From Burkholderiales bacterium (GTDB taxonomy: Bacteria; Pseudomonadota; Gammaproteobacteria; Burkholderiales; WYBJ01): a stretch of DNA of 64,000 nucleotides. Location of the stretch: assembly GCA_020848435.1 (NCBI GenBank), contig JADLAC010000037.1, positions 2,551 to 66,550 of the forward strand. The letters are read 5' to 3'. Shown piece after piece: positions 17,803 to 25,244 of the stretch. The notes beneath the pieces were generated by a model, which did not search any database, was not told where the DNA came from, and was given only the letters and a program-made list of their open reading frames with translations. Position 1 is the first letter of the stretch, and the number at the start of each line of letters is the position of its first letter. A program made the translations under genes and the position numbers.

Positions 17803-19233
17803 TCAAAGCTCGAATTTCTTGCGCACCCGCTCGAGCAGCTCGGCGCTGCTCTTGAGCGACGGGGGGAACTGGTGCATCCAGTGGAACGGCTTGCACGCGT
17901 ACACCAGTGCCTTGGACGCGGTGATTTCTCCGCGCGCACGCTTCTCGGGCGAGAGCAGCGGATCGGAGCGCATCCCCCAGCAGTTGTCGATCACGTCGAT
18001 GGCGGTGGCCGGATCGCAGCGGGTACCCAGCGCCCACAAGACCTCGCCGATGTTCGAGGGATCGATGTCCTCGTCCACCACGATGACCCAGCGGTTCAAC
18101 CGGTCGTTGATGCCGGTAGCCGCGATTCCCACCTGCTTGGCGTGGCCGGGATAAAGCTGGCGAATCGAGATGATGATCATGATCCCGCTGCGTGCCTCGC
18201 TCGATATCCACAGACCCTGGATGCCAGGCACTTGGTTGTCCAGCTTGTCCCAGACCATCGCGGAACCGATGATGGACGCACCGTTGTAGAAATCGTGCGC
18301 GCCGATGTTCACCGGCGCACCGAAGATGATGGGGTCATTTCGATGCATCACGGACTTCACTTCGAATATGGGCTCCGGCAACCTGTCGCCCGCGAAGTAG
18401 CCGGCCCACTCGCCCATGGGACCTTCGATCCTGGTCTCGCCGCCCGGCAGATGGATCTCGCCCTCCAGCACGATCTCGGCCGTGGCGGGGACGGGAAGCC
18501 CCGTCGTGATGCCCTTGACGGTTTCGATCGGGCGATTCGCCAAGGCGCCGGCATAGCCGTACTCGCTCGTTCCCCACGGTACCGGCAAGGTGGAGGCATA
18601 CCACAGACGGGGATCCTGCCCGCAAACGACGGCGGCGGGCACGCGCATGCCGCGCTCCCAGTACTTGTTGCGGATCAAAGCGCCGTGTCGGCGATCGACG
18701 ATGTGGATCGTGGCCACGTTCTGGTCGAACGCCTGCACGCGGTAGCAGCCGAGATTGACGAAGCCGCTGTCCGGGTCCTTGAGGATGACCATGCCGCCGG
18801 TGATGTAACGCCCCCCGTCGAGCTGGTGCCACTTGGCGATGGGGAACTTGAGAATATCGACGTCCTTGCCGGTGATGACGTTCTCCATGACGGGCCCGCG
18901 CGGGACCTCGACCGGCTCGATCGGTCCCTTGATCGCGTTCAGCTTCTTGCGCAGCGCCTTCACCATCTCGATCTTGCTGGCGTTATGCGGCAAACCCAAG
19001 GCGAGCGCGACGCGGCTCGGTGTGTTCACGACATTGGAGACCACCCGATAGCCCGGGGGGTAGCCCTTGACGGCGTCGAACAGGAGCAGCGGGTTGTTCG
19101 GCACCGCGCACTGCAACTCGGTGATCGCACCCATCTCGAGATCCCAGTCGACCCCTTCGTACAGGCGCAAGTGGTCCTCGCGCTTGACGAGCTCCAGGTA
19201 TTGCCTGAGATCGTTGAATTCCAGTGTGGCCAT
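17803..19233 (-). CDS. UbiD-family (prFMN-dependent) decarboxylase
   Basis: 476 aa, RBS GAGGA. ...LLFDAVKGYPPGYRVVSNV..., ...GGRYITGGMVILKDPDSGFVNLGCYR... and the acidic loop ...RIEGPMGEWAGYFAG... (E-x4-E as in UbiD/Fdc1). Confidence 0.9.
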   Translation of the reverse strand: MATLEFNDLRQYLELVKREDHLRLYEGVDWDLEMGAITELQCAVPNNPLLLFDAVKGYPPGYRVVSNVVNTPSRVALALGLPHNASKIEMVKALRKKLNAIKGPIEPVEVPRGPVMENVITGKDVDILKFPIAKWHQLDGGRYITGGMVILKDPDSGFVNLGCYRVQAFDQNVATIHIVDRRHGALIRNKYWERGMRVPAAVVCGQDPRLWYASTLPVPWGTSEYGYAGALANRPIETVKGITTGLPVPATAEIVLEGEIHLPGGETRIEGPMGEWAGYFAGDRLPEPIFEVKSVMHRNDPIIFGAPVNIGAHDFYNGASIIGSAMVWDKLDNQVPGIQGLWISSEARSGIMIIISIRQLYPGHAKQVGIAATGINDRLNRWVIVVDEDIDPSNIGEVLWALGTRCDPATAIDVIDNCWGMRSDPLLSPEKRARGEITASKALVYACKPFHWMHQFPPSLKSSAELLERVRKKFEL

Positions 19234-19323
19234 CGTGTTTCCTCTTGGCTTCGCATCAATGGACGCGACCAGCTCGCGTCGCGACGTGCTCAGGCTTCGC
19301 CGTCACCCTGACCTGTTCGGCAC

Positions 19324-21009
19324 TTACGTCATGCTGTGGCTGCGCGGAAAGCTCGCGGACGATTCGCGCGCAACCAGATCCGCGATTTCGTCTTCCAGGG
19401 CTTTGCGCATGATCTTGCTGCCGTCGGGGGTCGTCGGCAGCCTGGAGCGCAGCTCGGCGCGCTCCGGGAACTTGTATTTCGCCACGCCCTTCTGTTCGAG
19501 GAAGCGTGCGAGGGAGGCGACGCTCACCGTCTTTCCCGCCACCGGTACGACGAACGCGCAACAGCGCTCTCCGAGCACGGGATCGGGCATCTTGACGACT
19601 GCGACCGCCGCGACCTCAGGGTGCTCCTGCAGCAGCCCCTCGACCTCGGTCGGGCTGATATTGATCCCGCCGCGGATGATGATTTCCTTGATGCGCCCGA
19701 CGATGGTCAAGTAACCCTCGCCGTCCAGAACCCCGAGATCACCGCTGGGGAACCAGCCGTCACGCCCGAGCATCGCCGCGTAGCCTTGGGCGTTGCGCCA
19801 GAATCCGAGTGACATGCCGGGGCCACGGTAGACGACCTCGCCGGCAGATCCAACCGGCAAGGGCTCGCCTGCGCTATCGACGATACGCAACTCCATTCCC
19901 GGCATGGTCCGGCCGACGCTACGGTAGCGTTTCAGCGGCGGATCGTCCGGCGCGGTGCACGTCGGGGTCGCGCCCTCGACGGAGCCATAGGCGGTCAACA
20001 GCACACAGCCGAGCCTGCGCTCGGCCTCTTCGGCGACCGAGGGCGCGATGGCGGCGCCGCCGTTGACCAGGATGCGCAGATTGCCGAGGTCGTATCGGTC
20101 CAGATCGGGCGCTTCGAGCATTTTGACGATCTGGGTCGGCACGGCGACCGCGACCGTGGCCCGGGTGCTTTCCAGCCAGGACAGCGCGTGTTGGGGGGTG
20201 AAACGCTCGAGCAGCGCCATCGAGGAGCCGCCCAGGATCGCGCCGGCCACGCCGACGTAATAGCCCATGCCGCGGGCTATCGGTGCGATCGCAGCGACCA
20301 CGTCCGCGCCGCTCAAGTGGCCACGGTGATCAGCGAATTGGCGGGCCGTCGCCATGAAACAGTTGGCCGTGCGCACGATCATCTTCGGCGCCGCCGTGCT
20401 GCCCGATGTGGTGACGACGAGATCGATGTCGTTGGCGTCAGGGCGCAGGCGTTCGAGCACAGAGCGATCGGTGCGTTGCTCGATGGGATCGCCGAGCCAA
20501 GCGTCGAGACGCTCGCACGCGAGGCCGAGAGCATCGTCGGCGCGCGCGACCACGATCATGCGGATGCTCGGACAGGCCGATTCGAGCTCGCGGATCTCGC
20601 GCACGTAATCGCGGTCGTGATGAACGCGAGGCACCAGCACGCCGGCGGCCTCGGTTGCCGCCAACACGTGCTGTACCTCCTTCTGCCGCCAATCGATCGG
20701 CAACGGAACCGCGATCGCACCGATCTTCGCCAAGGCGAAGCGCATCAAGAGAAACTCGCGCCAGTTCGGCAGTTGTATGCCGAACCGATCCTCCTTCCTG
20801 ATTCCGTGCTCGACCAGGTGCAACGCCAGCCGATCGATCAGGCGGCTCAGCTCTGCGTAGGTCATGCTGCCGCGGGAGTCGATAACGGCGGTTCTGTCCG
20901 GCGCGCCGCGCGCGGTCTCATCGATGTAATCCGGCCAGATTCGATTGCCCCATGCGCCGCAGCGCGTGTAGCGCTCGATCAGCTCGGGCGTAAGTATCGA
21001 CTCGATCAT
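19324..21009 (-). CDS. AMP-dependent synthetase/ligase (acyl- or aryl-CoA ligase)
   Basis: 561 aa. Adenylate-forming signatures ...LVVTTSGSTAAPKMIV..., ...TAYGSVEG... and ...SGDLGVLDGEGYLTIVGRIKEIIIRGGINISP... ATG 21009 overlaps the stop of the upstream gene (ATGA). Confidence 0.9.
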   Translation of the reverse strand: MIESILTPELIERYTRCGAWGNRIWPDYIDETARGAPDRTAVIDSRGSMTYAELSRLIDRLALHLVEHGIRKEDRFGIQLPNWREFLLMRFALAKIGAIAVPLPIDWRQKEVQHVLAATEAAGVLVPRVHHDRDYVREIRELESACPSIRMIVVARADDALGLACERLDAWLGDPIEQRTDRSVLERLRPDANDIDLVVTTSGSTAAPKMIVRTANCFMATARQFADHRGHLSGADVVAAIAPIARGMGYYVGVAGAILGGSSMALLERFTPQHALSWLESTRATVAVAVPTQIVKMLEAPDLDRYDLGNLRILVNGGAAIAPSVAEEAERRLGCVLLTAYGSVEGATPTCTAPDDPPLKRYRSVGRTMPGMELRIVDSAGEPLPVGSAGEVVYRGPGMSLGFWRNAQGYAAMLGRDGWFPSGDLGVLDGEGYLTIVGRIKEIIIRGGINISPTEVEGLLQEHPEVAAVAVVKMPDPVLGERCCAFVVPVAGKTVSVASLARFLEQKGVAKYKFPERAELRSRLPTTPDGSKIMRKALEDEIADLVARESSASFPRSHSMT

Positions 21010-21482
21010 TGGCTTGCGGCCTCTCCCGGCGCGCGCGGCGCCGCGGCAACTCCGGTGCCTGCGGCACGTGACTGCCTGACCACCTCGCGAAAGAACGCGA
21101 TGACGGCGTCCATGCGAGTATCGGTGTCGAACACAGCGCGCACGCCGAGCGCCTTGATCGCCGCGATTTCCTCCGGGTCGGGCAGGAATCCTCCGGCCAC
21201 CACGATGATGTCGTCGATGCCCTGCTCGCGCAGCAGGCTCATGATGCGGGCAAGCGCGGCATAGTGACCGCCGGAGAGCATGCTCACCCCGATGATGTCC
21301 ACATCCTCCTGCAAGGCGATGGCGGTAATTTCTTCGCAGCTCCGATGCAGGCCCGTGTACAGCACTTCGAACCCGGCATCGCGCAAAGCCAACGCCAGGA
21401 CCTTGGCCCCGCGATCATGGCCATCCAGACCGGGCTTGGCGATCAGGACCCGGATCGGCCGCTCGACAGGTGCCGCATTCAT
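21006..21482 (-). CDS. Cobalamin-binding small subunit of an acyl-CoA mutase
   Basis: 158 aa from ATG 21482, 4 nt after the crotonase stop. MNAAPVERPIRVLIAKPGLDGHDRGAKVLALALRDAGFEVLYTG...IIGVSMLSGGH...VVAGG... carries the DxHxxG...SxL...GG base-off/His-on B12 motif set. The upstream part of the 238-aa track ORF is rejected. Confidence 0.9.
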   Translation of the reverse strand: MNAAPVERPIRVLIAKPGLDGHDRGAKVLALALRDAGFEVLYTGLHRSCEEITAIALQEDVDIIGVSMLSGGHYAALARIMSLLREQGIDDIIVVAGGFLPDPEEIAAIKALGVRAVFDTDTRMDAVIAFFREVVRQSRAAGTGVAAAPRAPGEAASQ

Positions 21483-21486
21483 TGCA

Positions 21487-22287
21487 TCAGATCCGAAACT
21501 TCCAGAAGTCCGGCGCGCGCTTCTCCAGGAATGCGCGCGCCCCCTCCTGCTGCTCGTTCTGGTAGAAGTCGGGGCTAAGGACATGCCGGCGTATCGCGTC
21601 GCCGCCTCCGAGCAGCGGCTCGATATCCGCCACAAACGAGCCCTTGAGGACCTGCACGCAGGTGGGCGAGAGGGCGAGAATCTCCCGGCACCACTTGTCG
21701 ACCTCCGCGTCGAGCTCGGCATACGCCACCACGGCGTTGACCAGGCCCCATTCCATCATCTGCGCCGCCGTGTACTTGCGGCATAGCATCCATAGCTCAC
21801 GCGCGCGCTTGTGGCCGAGGATGCGCGCGGAGTAGTTCACGATGGGCCCGCTGGCCGGACTGCCGACGCGCGGTCCGTTCTGGCCGAATACCGCGTGCTC
21901 CGCGGCGATGGTGAAGTCGCAGTAATAGGCGAGATGATTGCCACCGCCGATGGCGTAACCGTTGACCCGCGCGATCACCGGCTTCGGGCAGCGCGAGACG
22001 CTCAAGTGCAAGGAATACGGCTCGAGCACCTGGCGTTCGAGCCCCCCTTGCTTTTCCCAGTTGACATCCCCGCCGGCGCAGAAGGCGCGATCGCCGGCGC
22101 CCGTGAGCACGACGACGCCGATGGCGCGATCCTGGCCCGCGTCCTCGATCGCCAGCGTCAGCTCCTTCAGCGTATCGCCCGTGAAGGCGTTCAACTGCTT
22201 CGGGCGGTTGATCGTGATGCGTGCGACATGGTCCTGCTTGCTGTAGAGGATGTCGTCAAAAGCGTGGTCCGAGCTGAGAATTGCCAT
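21487..22287 (-). CDS. Crotonase-superfamily enzyme, MenB (DHNA-CoA synthase) / BadI-like branch
   Basis: 266 aa from ATG 22287. ...ARITINRPKQLNAF...VVVLTGAGDRAFCAGGD...VNGYAIGGGNHLAYYCDFTIAAEHAVFGQNGPRVGS...ARAFLEKRAPDF... By eye this is closest to MenB/BadI rather than simple enoyl-CoA hydratases. Confidence 0.85.
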   Translation of the reverse strand: MAILSSDHAFDDILYSKQDHVARITINRPKQLNAFTGDTLKELTLAIEDAGQDRAIGVVVLTGAGDRAFCAGGDVNWEKQGGLERQVLEPYSLHLSVSRCPKPVIARVNGYAIGGGNHLAYYCDFTIAAEHAVFGQNGPRVGSPASGPIVNYSARILGHKRARELWMLCRKYTAAQMMEWGLVNAVVAYAELDAEVDKWCREILALSPTCVQVLKGSFVADIEPLLGGGDAIRRHVLSPDFYQNEQQEGARAFLEKRAPDFWKFRI

Positions 22288-22357
22288 GTGAGAGCTTCCC
22301 TGAATCGATCGATGGGCGAGGAATCGGCGAGTCCGCCGGGGGCACTGCCCACCGGCG

Positions 22358-24043
22358 TCACAAGACGCTCGGCGAGCGGTATTCGCCGAACACGTCCTTG
22401 AGCGCGCCGCAGATTTCACCCATGGTCGCGTACGCTTCGACGGCAGCGATGACCGCCGCCATGACGTTCTGATCGCTCGCCGCCACCTTGCGCAGCTCAT
22501 CGAGCGCCGCATTCACGCGTTGCGCATCCCGGCTGGCACGCAGCTTCGCCAGGGCCTCGGCCTGCTCGCGCTCATCGGCGGGATCGACCACGTAGGGCTT
22601 CATCGTGTGTGCCTCGCGCTTTTCGGCAACGAACTTGTTCACGCCGACGCGAACCAGCTCGCCCGCCTCGAACTCCCGCTGCTGACGATAGGCGTCATCG
22701 GCGATCACGCGCTGCACGTAACCGCTCTCGATCGCCTTCACCATCCCGCCCATCACCTCGATGCGCTCGAGCTCCCGCAGGATTTCCTTCTCTATGTCCG
22801 CGGTCAGCGCCTCCAGGTAATAGGAGCCGCCCAGGGGATCGACCACGCTGGTCAGATTGCTCTCGTGACCGACGATGAGCTGGGTGCGAATCGATGCCAG
22901 CGTGGAGTCTTCGCTCGGAATGCCGAGCACTTCGTCCATGGTGCGCAAGCCGATGAACTGGGCGCCGGAGAGCGCCGCCACGATGCAGGCAATCGCATTG
23001 CGCGTCTGGTTGTCGATCGGATGGGGTCGGCAGAGGCTGGCGCCGCCGTTGGTGCTCAAGACTCGCATCATCATGGATTCCGGATTGTTCGCGCCGTAGC
23101 GTTGCCGCACCGTGCGGGCGAAGATCCTTCGCTGCGCGCGAAACTTCGCGATCTCGCCGAAGAAATCGGTGTGATCCTGCGAAATCACGAACGAGAACCG
23201 GGAGGCGAACCGGTCGATGTCCCCGCCCCGAGCCACCACCGCGTCCATGTATGCGATCGCGATGCCCAGACCGAACGCCGCCTCGTGGACCAGGCTGGCA
23301 CCGGCTTCGGACAGGTGGTACTGGCCCATGTTGACCGGAAAGTACTCGGGCAGTTTCTCCATGCAGTACATGAAGCTGTCGACGGCGAGGCGCATGCCGG
23401 CGGCCACCGGAAAGATGTAGTTGCCGCGGCAGATGTATTCCTTCAGGACATCGTTCTGCAGGCTGCCCTTGAGCGTTCCCGGATCGATTCCCTGCTTGCG
23501 CGCGACCCCTACGTGCATCGCCAGCGTGACCATCGCCTGGGCGTTGGACACGGAATTGACGAAGATGGCGCCGACGTCGATGCCGTCGAACACCGTCTCC
23601 CAGTCCTGGAAGGAATTGATGGTCAGGCCCACCTTGCCCACTTCGCCGTGGGAACGCGGATCGTCCGAATCCAGGCCGAGTTGCGTCGGCAGGTCGAAGG
23701 CGAGCGACAGCGCGTTCTGGCCCTGCCGGATCAGGTTCTTGAACAGCAGGTTGGTTTCCCGCGCCTTCGAGAAGCCGGCGTACTGGCGGATCTTCCAGGG
23801 CTGGGCGCGATACATCGTCGCGCTGATTCCGCGCGCATAAGGAAAGGCGCCGGGAAAACCGACATCAGCAAGATAGTCGATACCCCGATCGACCAGGTCG
23901 AGCGGCGTATATACGCGCTGCAAGTCGACCCCGGAATCGTTGCTGAAGCGAGGTTTCTGCTCGCGCTCGAACTCCGCCGCGTGGGCGGCTTCCCACTGCG
24001 CTGCCTCCTGCCTGAGCTTACGGATGAAGTCGTCGGAGTACAT
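22358..24043 (-). CDS. Acyl-CoA mutase large (substrate-binding TIM-barrel) subunit, methylmalonyl-CoA mutase family
   Basis: 561 aa. ...FPGAFPYARGISATMYRAQPWKIRQYAGF..., ...ALSLAFDLPTQLGLDSDDP..., ...LQNDVLKEYICRGNYIFP... and ...MGQYHLSEAGA... align by eye with MCM/ICM/HCM catalytic subunits. It has no fused B12 domain. Confidence 0.9.
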   Translation of the reverse strand: MYSDDFIRKLRQEAAQWEAAHAAEFEREQKPRFSNDSGVDLQRVYTPLDLVDRGIDYLADVGFPGAFPYARGISATMYRAQPWKIRQYAGFSKARETNLLFKNLIRQGQNALSLAFDLPTQLGLDSDDPRSHGEVGKVGLTINSFQDWETVFDGIDVGAIFVNSVSNAQAMVTLAMHVGVARKQGIDPGTLKGSLQNDVLKEYICRGNYIFPVAAGMRLAVDSFMYCMEKLPEYFPVNMGQYHLSEAGASLVHEAAFGLGIAIAYMDAVVARGGDIDRFASRFSFVISQDHTDFFGEIAKFRAQRRIFARTVRQRYGANNPESMMMRVLSTNGGASLCRPHPIDNQTRNAIACIVAALSGAQFIGLRTMDEVLGIPSEDSTLASIRTQLIVGHESNLTSVVDPLGGSYYLEALTADIEKEILRELERIEVMGGMVKAIESGYVQRVIADDAYRQQREFEAGELVRVGVNKFVAEKREAHTMKPYVVDPADEREQAEALAKLRASRDAQRVNAALDELRKVAASDQNVMAAVIAAVEAYATMGEICGALKDVFGEYRSPSVL

Positions 24044-24109
24044 GTTGGTCGATCCCGTGCTCGCGCAGCGTGCGGCTCGTGCCCGGCCGGCATGGGCTGC
24101 CGGTTGATC

Positions 24110-25090
24110 CTACTGCGGTTGCAGCCCGAGCGCCTTGATCAAGCCGGCGTTCTTTCGCACTTCGTCTTGGATGTAGGTAGCGAATTGCGCCGGCGTGCTG
24201 GTCAGCGCCTCGAGCCCCAGGCGCTTGAGCGATTCCTTCGTCTCCGCAGTCTCGATGGCCCGCACCAGCACGGCATTGAGGCGTGCGACGATCTCCTTCG
24301 GCACGCCGGTGGCCGTTACGACCCCGTTCCAGTTCGCGTAGTCGTAGCCGGTCAATCCGGCCTCGTCTAGCGTCGGCAGCGATGGCATCGAGGTCGAACG
24401 CTTGATGCTGGTCACGGCGAGAGGTCTCAGGCGACCGGCGCTGAACAGCGGCTGGAGCGACGGTATGCTGAGGAAGCTCATTTCGATTTCGCCGCCCGCA
24501 TTGGCTGCGGCATTGGCGCCCCCGCCTTTGTATGGCACGTGCAGGATGTTGACCTTGCCAATGAGGTTGAACAAGCCGCCCATCAGGTGCGGCGGGCTGC
24601 CCGCGCCGACCGAACCGTAGCTCAGCTTGCCCGGCATGGAGCGCGCGAGCGCCACTAACTCCTTGACGTTGCGGGCGGGCACGGACGGATGCACCGTCAG
24701 GACGAACGGCGCTGTGGCGACCAGCGCAATCGGGGCCAGGTCGCGCTCGACATCGTAGGGCAGCGAGATCCGCAACGAGGGCAGAACGCTCGCCGTCGCG
24801 CCGATGATCAGCAAGGTGTAACCGTCGGGTCGCGACTTCGCCACCATTTCATAGGCAATCGCTCCGCTCGCCCCGCCGCGGTTCTCGACGATCACCTGCT
24901 GTCCGAGCGGTTCGGCGAGATTGTGCGCGACCAAGCGTCCGACGGCATCGGCAACGCCGCCCGGGGTGAATCCGACCACCAGCCGCACCGGCTTCACCGG
25001 ATAATTCTGCGCGACCGCCGCCGGGGCGGCTGTGCAAGCGAGGATGCCTGCAAGCACCCCGGCCATGCTCCATCTCGACGTTCTCACCAC
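24110..25090 (-). CDS. Bug/TctC-family periplasmic solute-binding protein (first gene of the nine-gene operon)
   Basis: Signal peptide ...RTSRWSMAGVLAGILACTAAPAAVAQ, then NYPVKPVRLVVGFTPGGVAD, ENRGGASG, PDGYTLLI, HVPYKG. The start is taken as GTG 25090 (GGAAGGA just upstream); ATG 25066 is an alternative. The longer 370-aa track ORF runs through the repeat cluster and is rejected. Confidence 0.85.
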   Translation of the reverse strand: MVRTSRWSMAGVLAGILACTAAPAAVAQNYPVKPVRLVVGFTPGGVADAVGRLVAHNLAEPLGQQVIVENRGGASGAIAYEMVAKSRPDGYTLLIIGATASVLPSLRISLPYDVERDLAPIALVATAPFVLTVHPSVPARNVKELVALARSMPGKLSYGSVGAGSPPHLMGGLFNLIGKVNILHVPYKGGGANAAANAGGEIEMSFLSIPSLQPLFSAGRLRPLAVTSIKRSTSMPSLPTLDEAGLTGYDYANWNGVVTATGVPKEIVARLNAVLVRAIETAETKESLKRLGLEALTSTPAQFATYIQDEVRKNAGLIKALGLQPQ

Positions 25091-25116
25091 ATCCTTCCTC
25101 GTGCTTGCGTGCTTGC

Positions 25117-25241
25117 GGTCAGGTCTTGCACGTTTCACCAGCGCGCCGAGGTGTGACCCCAACAGAGGCCTTGCATCGTTCGTGCAACGTGCAAGACCTG
25201 GCCCCCAATTGTGCTTGTGCAACGTGCAAGACCTGACCCCC
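25117..25241. repeat. Cluster of three copies of a dispersed ~22-25-bp repeat (consensus about GTG[A/C]AACGTGCAAGACCTGACCCC)
   Basis: The inverted copy 25117-25138 is GGTCAGGTCTTGCACGTTTCAC. The direct copies are 25182-25206 GTGCAACGTGCAAGACCTGGCCCCC and 25217-25241 GTGCAACGTGCAAGACCTGACCCCC (24/25 identical, 35-bp period). The inverted pair matches 20/22 with a 43-nt spacer. Confidence 0.9.
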
Positions 25242-25244
25242 TAC

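Noticed and set aside
16811-18211. 466-aa version of the Bug ORF, and likewise the long versions of the ORFs at 21006-21722, 21487-22512, 24110-25222, 29425-30549, 37454-38368, 37894-38880, 50540-52015, 51793-52893 and 52784-54238
   Set aside because: The N-terminal extensions overlap the upstream gene or the repeat spacer and lack family similarity. Internal starts with Shine-Dalgarno-like sequences give proteins of the normal family length.
22520-24370. 616-aa plus-strand ORF, with similar very long ORFs at 8739-10364 (541 aa), 61414-63165 (583 aa), 5154-6575 (473 aa), 2589-3893 (434 aa) and 17872-19311 (479 aa)
   Set aside because: Each lies antisense to a gene with clear family signatures. 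Their translations are Arg/Ala/Gly/His-rich and low-complexity, with no recognisable motifs. These are the typical shadow ORFs of stop-codon-poor, high-G+C DNA.
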